From: Oculatellaceae cyanobacterium bins.114
GTDB taxonomy: Bacteria > Cyanobacteriota > Cyanobacteriia > Elainellales > Elainellaceae
Length of the DNA: 32,593 nucleotides
Reading direction: 5' to 3'
NCBI GenBank assembly: GCA_033764315.1
Contig: JANRJA010000046.1
Location: 1 to 32,593 of the forward strand
The notes under the pieces are model-generated. The model saw only the letters and a program-made list of their open reading frames with translations, searched no databases and was not told the origin of the DNA. A program made the translations under genes and the position numbers. Below are positions 26,684 through 32,593 of this stretch, piece by piece (within the stretch, counting starts at the first letter, position 1; the number at the start of each line of letters is the position of its first letter).

Positions 26684-27904
26684 ATGCTATTGCATTCTGC
26701 TCAAAGTGCCTCACCTCAACCAATTTCAGGCGATCGCACTGGCAATACAGTAAGACAAGCTAGACCTATCACCCTGCGAGCAGGCACAACTTCCATTCGA
26801 GAGTGGGTTGGGGGAGGCGATCGCTTTGATATTTATCGGTTTCGCTTAACCATTCGCAGTAGCCTTAATCTGTCACTGACTGGGTTAAACGCCAATGCTG
26901 ATCTAGCGTTGCTCAATCGCACAGGGAAAGTAATCCACCGTTCTACTCGGTTGGGTCGAGCGAAAGAAACAATACAACAGGTTTTGGAAACCGGAATGTA
27001 TTACATCCGGGTTTTTGCAAGACATGCTGCAACTCGCTATCGATTGGTTGCGGTGAAAACAGCGATCGCCGCTGATCTTCCGCCTTCTCCCGTTCCTCCC
27101 GATTCAGTCATTCCAACCACTCCGACTCCGACTCCGACTCCTGACCCAATCCCAAATCCAGTTCCTACAAGCCTCTTTAACATTCAGTTTGACTATCGGT
27201 TTGACACAAATCAGTGGTTTACCCCCGAACGGAGGCGTGTGTTAGAAGCAGCGGCTGATCTTTGGGAAACGATTGTTCAAGATGAGTTTGAGGCGATCGC
27301 AGTAGGTACTCGACTGAACGTGATTAATCCTCAAACCGGTATAAGCGTGCAACTGAACGCAGATTATGAGATTGACGATCTAGTTGTATTTGTTGGGGCA
27401 AGGTCTTTTGATGGGGCTGATGGAACCCTTGCCACAGGAGGCCCATCTGGATCTTGGATGGTGGGTAGCCGTTTAGAGACTCGTTATCAGGGAGCAGATT
27501 TTGAGCCGTGGACTGCTAGCTTGGGGTTTGATCTTGCAGAAAACTGGTTTTTTGATCCCACTCCTACAACAGCCGATGATGTGCCACTGAGCCAACCCGA
27601 TTTTTTGACGATCGCCCTACACGAGTTGGGGCATGCGTTAGGAATTGGAACATCAAAAGCCTTTGACAACTGGGTCAGTCAAGGGCAATTTATCGGAACT
27701 CACGCTAGAGCACAAAACAGTGGCAACCCAATTCCGCTAACGTTTGATGGGCATGTGCAGGATGGATTTATTGCCAGCAATGTAGGAATTGAGGCGTTAA
27801 TGGCTCCTAGATTCAGGTTTGGCACACGTCAAAAACAGACCCGTCTAGATATTTCTTTTTTAGAAGATATCGGTTATTCGGTTAGCTACAGCTCAACCCT
27901 ATAG
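26684..27904 (+). CDS. PPC domain + PT linker + metzincin-type zinc metallopeptidase
   Basis: GTLATGGP, IALHELGHALGIG (HExxH), a distal His (DGHV) and ALMAP Met-turn, C-terminal LEDIGY. Confidence 0.85.
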   Translation: MLLHSAQSASPQPISGDRTGNTVRQARPITLRAGTTSIREWVGGGDRFDIYRFRLTIRSSLNLSLTGLNANADLALLNRTGKVIHRSTRLGRAKETIQQVLETGMYYIRVFARHAATRYRLVAVKTAIAADLPPSPVPPDSVIPTTPTPTPTPDPIPNPVPTSLFNIQFDYRFDTNQWFTPERRRVLEAAADLWETIVQDEFEAIAVGTRLNVINPQTGISVQLNADYEIDDLVVFVGARSFDGADGTLATGGPSGSWMVGSRLETRYQGADFEPWTASLGFDLAENWFFDPTPTTADDVPLSQPDFLTIALHELGHALGIGTSKAFDNWVSQGQFIGTHARAQNSGNPIPLTFDGHVQDGFIASNVGIEALMAPRFRFGTRQKQTRLDISFLEDIGYSVSYSSTL

Positions 27905-27919
27905 CCTCAGAGCGATCGC

Positions 27920-29101
27920 CTAAGAGGAGGGTGGGGGAAGCAGAGGACGACGTTGTAGCAACAAAACCTCAGCTTCACTACTTTCACGAGCAACCCGAAT
28001 CAGCAAGGCAGCAGACACTAAACTAGAAATCATAGAACTGCCCCCATAACTAAACATCGGCAGAGGCAAGCCTGTAGTCGGCAGGGCACCTGTTGCAACC
28101 CCAATGTTTAGCAGTGATTGACCAACCAACAAAATGACAATGCCGATCGCCACGAGTTGATAAACAGGCTGTCGTGCTTTGAGAGCGACCTTTAACCCCA
28201 CTGTTGCATAAGCACCTAATAACAGCATTAACACTAAACTGCCGATTAAGCCAAATTCTTCTGCAAAGACCGCAAAGATAAAGTCTGTGTATTGAATAGG
28301 CAGATAAAACAGTTTTTGTTGAGACATGCCATAGCCCACCCCCCAAAAACCGCCAGAGCCGATCGCCAACAAACTCTGAATCAATTGATATCCGTTTTGA
28401 GTTGGGTCAGCCCACGGATTTAAAAAAGACATGACCCGCTCTCGTTGATAGTCTCGAATGCTGATGCTAAGCGTAGCGGTTAGCAAACCTGCGATCGCGG
28501 TTCCCACAAGATAGCGATAGGGCAAGCCTGAGGCAAGAGCAATTAACCATAACACAATGCCACATAACGCAGCAGTACTCAGGTTAGGTTGCAGCAAGAT
28601 GCCCACAATCAACACCACAAAAATACCTAACCACACCAGTCGAGATTGCTGAGACAGTTGATCCCACCGACCAAAAATACGAGCCGCTTGTAGGATTAAA
28701 AAGGGTTTGATCAATTCCGAAGGTTGTAGAAATGGTAGAGGGCCGATCGACACCCATCGACTCGCTCCATTGACCGGATCGGCGAACCCTGGGATCAGCG
28801 TTAGGAGAATCAGCCCTAAAAACAGCAGCATGAACCAGTCTGCCATGCCCAAGATGTAGCGAATTGGGGAATGGACAATCAGACTAAAGGCAATTAACCC
28901 AACCACAACCCAGATTAATTGACGCTTAAAATAATAAAGCCCATCGCCAGATTCACTGTCTGCCACCGCATAAGAGGCCGAAAACAGCACGATTAGCCCC
29001 ATAAACAGCCAGAGCAATGTCAGCCAGCGCAAAATTCGGGCTTCTAATGCCCAATCTTTGACAGATGAATCGAGGAAGGGAATAAACTGGCGAAGATTCA
29101 C
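27920..29101 (-). CDS. ftsW: SEDS-family peptidoglycan glycosyltransferase FtsW
   Basis: NGASRWV...QPSELIK, LLQPNLSTA, GYQLIQSLLAIGSGG, KLFYLPIQYTDFIFAVFAEE, PTTGLPLPMFSYGGSS. Confidence 0.9.
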   Translation of the reverse strand: MNLRQFIPFLDSSVKDWALEARILRWLTLLWLFMGLIVLFSASYAVADSESGDGLYYFKRQLIWVVVGLIAFSLIVHSPIRYILGMADWFMLLFLGLILLTLIPGFADPVNGASRWVSIGPLPFLQPSELIKPFLILQAARIFGRWDQLSQQSRLVWLGIFVVLIVGILLQPNLSTAALCGIVLWLIALASGLPYRYLVGTAIAGLLTATLSISIRDYQRERVMSFLNPWADPTQNGYQLIQSLLAIGSGGFWGVGYGMSQQKLFYLPIQYTDFIFAVFAEEFGLIGSLVLMLLLGAYATVGLKVALKARQPVYQLVAIGIVILLVGQSLLNIGVATGALPTTGLPLPMFSYGGSSMISSLVSAALLIRVARESSEAEVLLLQRRPLLPPPSS

Positions 29102-29128
29102 GAGGATCAGTGTTTAAGAAGGTGCTTA

Positions 29129-29252
29129 TACCAATTGAAACCGTCTTTACGACAGATCATTGCCCCGAACTGATCCCCCTCAGTCCCCCTTAACAAGGGG
29201 GATGCCGGAGGCAGGGGGATCAGATGTGTCGCGTTCATAACTCAAATTGGTA
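29129..29252. mobile_element. MITE-like element (124 bp) with 8-bp TIRs and flanking TTA
   Basis: TTA-[TACCAATT...AATTGGTA]-TTA, with internal hairpins ctgatccccct...agggggatcag and tcccccttaacaaggggga. Confidence 0.65.
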
Positions 29253-29282
29253 TTACAACGGTAGCGCAAGTTAAAAGTAGCA

Positions 29283-29313
29283 GATCTCCAACTCTTTAAG
29301 AAAGTTGGAGATC
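29283..29313. terminator. Inverted repeat downstream of the dienelactone hydrolase gene (terminator or small dispersed repeat)
   Basis: gatctccaact-N9-agttggagatc. Confidence 0.55.
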
Positions 29314-29332
29314 GCAATCCTAGACTTGCTAC

Positions 29333-30163
29333 CTAACTCACGCCGTTTTGTCTAAACCAGGTTTGCAGTCGTTGCCAACCATCCTCAGCCGCTTGCTGAC
29401 GATAACTAGGGCGATAGTCAGCATGGAATCCGTGGGGAGCATCAGGGTAAACAACAATCTCAGAGCCATTTCTGCTGGCGGCGATCGCCTGCCGCATTTG
29501 TTCGATCGTGCTAACGGGAATGCCATCATCTGCACCCCCGTATAACCCTAAAACGGGTGCTTTGAGATAGGGGGCAATATCAACCGGATTTTTGGGTCGT
29601 AGAGCGTTAGTCTCTCCCACCAGGCGACCATACCAAGCAACCCCCGCCTTGATTTGAGGGCTGTGAGCCGCATATAGCCAAACAACACGCCCACCCCAAC
29701 AAAAGCCAGTGATGCCCGCTCGATTAAGATCACCACCCGACTCTCCTGCCCACGCTAGCGTTGCATCAAGATCTGTCATGACTTGAGCATCGGGCACTCT
29801 AGCCACAACTGGGCGAATTTCATCAACGCTCGCCAGTTGAGAGACATCTCCTTGACGAGCAAAAAGTTCTGGTGCGATCGCCAGGTAGCCTAGCTTAGCA
29901 AAGCGACGGCAGACATCTTGAATGTATTCATGGACGCCGAAAATTTCTTGCACCACCATCACGATAGGAAAGTTAGTACCTGTGGCAGGTTTTGCCCAAT
30001 ATCCAGAAATTTCAACATCATCGGTGGGAATGGTAATTTCTCCAGCCGTTAGCCCCTCACTGTTGGTGGTAATAGTTCGTGCTGAAATCGGACGAACGGC
30101 GATCGCAAAGCCAGCAGCTAGGGTTGCCATAATTACATCTCGCCGTTTAAAGCGTCTATCCAT
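29333..30163 (-). CDS. Dienelactone hydrolase family protein with probable Tat signal
   Basis: KRRDVIMATLAAGFAIAVRP (twin-Arg), VVQEIFGVHEYI, GITGFCWGG (Cys nucleophile), APHGFHADYR. Confidence 0.9.
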   Translation of the reverse strand: MDRRFKRRDVIMATLAAGFAIAVRPISARTITTNSEGLTAGEITIPTDDVEISGYWAKPATGTNFPIVMVVQEIFGVHEYIQDVCRRFAKLGYLAIAPELFARQGDVSQLASVDEIRPVVARVPDAQVMTDLDATLAWAGESGGDLNRAGITGFCWGGRVVWLYAAHSPQIKAGVAWYGRLVGETNALRPKNPVDIAPYLKAPVLGLYGGADDGIPVSTIEQMRQAIAASRNGSEIVVYPDAPHGFHADYRPSYRQQAAEDGWQRLQTWFRQNGVS

Positions 30164-30305
30164 AGTTGAGTCGTTCCTCTAGTTACATGACTTGGTGAAC
30201 TGGCAAAATGCAGAACTCACAGTAAGATCTTCCCAAAAAGATTTCCTCAAATCTTCCTCAAAACGGGGTATCGCTTAGCTTATTTTTCTGGAGAGCATTT
30301 CCCAC

Positions 30306-31448
30306 ATGGGTATTACTGAGTTTTCGTTTCCAACACCGATTCGGTTTGGTGTCGGTGCCCGCCATGATATTGCGGCAGCACTACACGCTCAAAAGCTACA
30401 ACGTCCACTGGTGGTAACCGACCGCGGGATTGTTGCCCTGCCCTTTTTTCAAGCCTTGCTACAAGAGTTAGCTCAAGCGGGGCTGCAACCCTCTATTTTT
30501 AGTGACTTAGGCGGTAACCCGGTTAAATCTCAAGTCACAGCCGGAGTAGACGCCTTTCGGCAAGAGTCTGCTGATGCGATCGTGGCGTTAGGGGGAGGAG
30601 CCGCACTAGACGTCGCAAAAGCGATCGCCCTCATGGTGCATCACTCTGGTGATCTGTTTGACTACGAAGATGGCAAGCCCGATGCCCGTCCCATTGATCA
30701 ACCTATTCCCTATCTAGTTGCCATTCCCACCACTGCCGGAACAGGCAGCGAGGTAGGTCGCAGCAGCGTCATTTCAGACGATGAAACCCACGCCAAAAAA
30801 ATTATCTTCTCCCCTCGCTTGTTACCACAACGGGTATTCGCTGATCCAGAATTGTTGCTCAACCTGCCCCCCAAAATCACCGCTGCAACGGGAATGGATG
30901 CCCTGACCCATTGCGTCGAAGCCTATCTGGCAAAGGGCTATCATCCCATGTGCGATGGAATTGCCCTAGAAGGAGTGCGGTTAGTGGCTGAAAACTTGGC
31001 AAAGAGTGTCGCAGATGGCAGCGACTTAGAAGCTCGGAGCCAGATGTTGATGGCTGCCATGATGGGAGCCGTTGCCTTTCAAAAAGGGTTGGGGGTGACG
31101 CATTCCTGTGCCCATGCCCTATCAACGGTGTATGACTTTCACCACGGGTTAGCCAATGCTTTGATGATTCCCTATGCGATGCAGTTTAACGTAGAGGCAG
31201 TGCCAGAACGCTTAGCCCGATTGGCAACCGTGGTTGGGGCAGAGGAACCGACCGCAGCAGGGTTCATTCAATGGTTAAACTCACTCAAAGCAGAAATCGG
31301 GATTCCCAATACGCTGACAGACGCTGGAGTTGCCGCCGATCGCCTCGATCAACTGGTGGCGATCGCCTATGCCGATGGCTGTCACCCGTTGAATCCTCGC
31401 CCCTGCACAGCCGATGACATTCGCCGCATCTATGTTGCCGCCTTGTAA
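30306..31448 (+). CDS. Iron-containing alcohol dehydrogenase
   Basis: GGGAALDVAK, AIPTTAGTGSE, GMDALTHCVE, GVTHSCAH, HHGLANA. Confidence 0.93.
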   Translation: MGITEFSFPTPIRFGVGARHDIAAALHAQKLQRPLVVTDRGIVALPFFQALLQELAQAGLQPSIFSDLGGNPVKSQVTAGVDAFRQESADAIVALGGGAALDVAKAIALMVHHSGDLFDYEDGKPDARPIDQPIPYLVAIPTTAGTGSEVGRSSVISDDETHAKKIIFSPRLLPQRVFADPELLLNLPPKITAATGMDALTHCVEAYLAKGYHPMCDGIALEGVRLVAENLAKSVADGSDLEARSQMLMAAMMGAVAFQKGLGVTHSCAHALSTVYDFHHGLANALMIPYAMQFNVEAVPERLARLATVVGAEEPTAAGFIQWLNSLKAEIGIPNTLTDAGVAADRLDQLVAIAYADGCHPLNPRPCTADDIRRIYVAAL

Positions 31449-31461
31449 CAGCGATCAAGGG

Positions 31462-31620
31462 AATTAGCGTGAGTTCGGGATAGGAATTTTGGCGGTTAAA
31501 ACCGCCGCTATACGAGCAAAACCGACCTGCGTCGGTTCGGCAAACCTTTGGTGTCTGGTAGTCCGCCTTCGCAGACTTCGTCTTGATAGCCGCAAATTTA
31601 TTCGTCAGACTCTTAAACTG
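31462..31620 (-). repeat. Dispersed multi-hairpin repeat, copy 2 (family shared with 4345-4498)
   Basis: Hairpins ggcggttaaaaccgcc and aaccgacctgcgtcggtt; both ends are homologous to 4345-4498 in opposite orientation. Confidence 0.75.
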
Positions 31621-31688
31621 GATTGACGTCAGTTCGGTTTAAGAGCCGCATTTCCAAGCCCAGCATAAAAATGAGGTAAAAAATTTGA

Positions 31689-31703
31689 TCGCGCGGAGCG
31701 CGA
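31689..31703. other. GC-rich 6-bp hairpin with GGA triloop downstream of the putative DGR variable region
   Basis: TCGCGC-GGA-GCGCGA, about 60 bp past the stop of the FGE-sulfatase gene. Confidence 0.6.
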
Positions 31704-31765
31704 AAGGAGATAGGCAAAGGGCAAAAGAGCAAGGCTTCGACAAGCTCAGCCTAAAGGGTAAAGGG

Positions 31766-32593
31766 TTACGAAGTCCTCGGAGCACTACACACAACCCGAA
31801 AACCGATATCGTTGAAGCAGTAGTCGGGCGAAATATAGAGGCGACAGGCAGAACGGCAATCCCCCGGAGCGTAGTTCCAGGAGCCGCCGCGTAGCACCCG
31901 ACGCTCCGAATTCCCACCTGTCACCCACACACTGCCATCCATTGGCGCATTGGTATAGTTGCCGTGCCAATGATCCGCACACCACTCCCAGACATTGCCG
32001 TGCATATCAAATAACCCAAAGGCATTGGCAGGAAAGCAACCGACATACGTTGTTCGTTGCCGATGTTCGCTCTTGGGCGCATCGCTATAAGGCTCACTAC
32101 CATTACAGTTAACCCACTCAGCAGTCACCGTTTCACCAAAGTGAAAGGGCGTTGTGGTTCCGGCACGACACGCATATTCCCATTCTGCCTCACTCGGCAA
32201 GCGATAGTTGCGCCCGGTCTTCCTCGACAACCGCTGACAAAACTCCACCGCCTCAAACCAGGACACCTTTTCTACGGGTCGTTGATCCCCTTTAAGACGG
32301 GATGGATTCAGCTCTAGCTCTCGTTCGATTTTGGGGAAACCCGCTACCGTTTGCCATACCTTCTGAGTCACAGCATACTTACCCATGAGAAAGGGTGGCA
32401 CCGTCACGCGATGTTGGGGGCGTTCACGCTCCTGTGAATTCTTCTCCGCAGCAGGAGCACCCATGATGAAGCTGCCACCGGGGATAGAAACCATTTCAAA
32501 ATCAACCCCATTCCCCAAGTCTTCGATGGATTGCTTAGCTGTCTTTTTCTGAGGCTGGCGGATCAACTTTTTGCCAAATAAGCCTGCCTGAAT
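31766..32593 (-). CDS. FGE-sulfatase (SUMF1/CLec-fold) domain protein, C-terminal part; probable DGR target
   Basis: MVSIPGGSFIMG, RLPSEAEWEYACRAGT, NAFGLFDMHGNVWEWC, VLRGGSW...GFRVVC. The frame stays open to the window edge (IQAGLFGKKLIRQ...), so the true start is outside the window. Confidence 0.9.
   Translation of the reverse strand: MQAGLFGKKLIRQPQKKTAKQSIEDLGNGVDFEMVSIPGGSFIMGAPAAEKNSQERERPQHRVTVPPFLMGKYAVTQKVWQTVAGFPKIERELELNPSRLKGDQRPVEKVSWFEAVEFCQRLSRKTGRNYRLPSEAEWEYACRAGTTTPFHFGETVTAEWVNCNGSEPYSDAPKSEHRQRTTYVGCFPANAFGLFDMHGNVWEWCADHWHGNYTNAPMDGSVWVTGGNSERRVLRGGSWNYAPGDCRSACRLYISPDYCFNDIGFRVVCSAPRTS

Larger units (their letters stand above)
18..31366. repeat. HIP1 octamer GCGATCGC dispersed across the window
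   Basis: Occurs for example at 18, 1107, 7652, 14582, 23493 and 31359; roughly 50 copies by eye. Characteristic of cyanobacteria. Confidence 0.9.

Noticed and set aside
13358-29101. ftsX and ftsW as part of the CHAT/PatU3-like module
   Set aside because: Tempting because HetF/PatU3 relate to division, but these genes are separated by unrelated genes in different orientations, so the sequence gives no evidence of linkage.
31639-31917. Overlapping 69-92 aa ORFs at the end of the FGE gene
   Set aside because: They overlap the FGE coding region and repeat tract and have no recognisable protein features.

Overview
Chromosomal region of a cyanobacterium: the HIP1 octamer GCGATCGC occurs roughly 50 times by eye count, and ndhM is present. 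Housekeeping genes include a COG0523/CobW GTPase (truncated), cysS, tldD/tldE, an AI-2E transporter, a GH57 branching-type enzyme, ybbN/cnoX, ftsX, def, ndhM, ftsW, a dienelactone hydrolase and an Fe-ADH. Putative surface proteins include an RTX protein, a PPC+ELWxxDGT protein and a PPC+metzincin protease. Two candidate systems stand out. (1) At 15.4-21.8 kb there is a four-gene phospho-/proteolytic signalling module: a Zn-ribbon/pseudokinase-like/PP2C/TM protein, a caspase-like CHAT-FHA protease with an intact His-Cys dyad, a small protein resembling PatU3 (the HetF substrate), and a convergent FHA-PrsW intramembrane protease. (2) At the right edge is an FGE-sulfatase/CLec gene whose 3' end looks like a diversity-generating retroelement (DGR) variable region, followed by a GGA-triloop hairpin; no RT or template is in the window. 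Intergenic spaces carry several small palindromic or MITE-like repeats, two families of which appear twice in the window. No tRNA, rRNA, CRISPR array or transposase was seen. All family calls come from motif recognition, not database searches.
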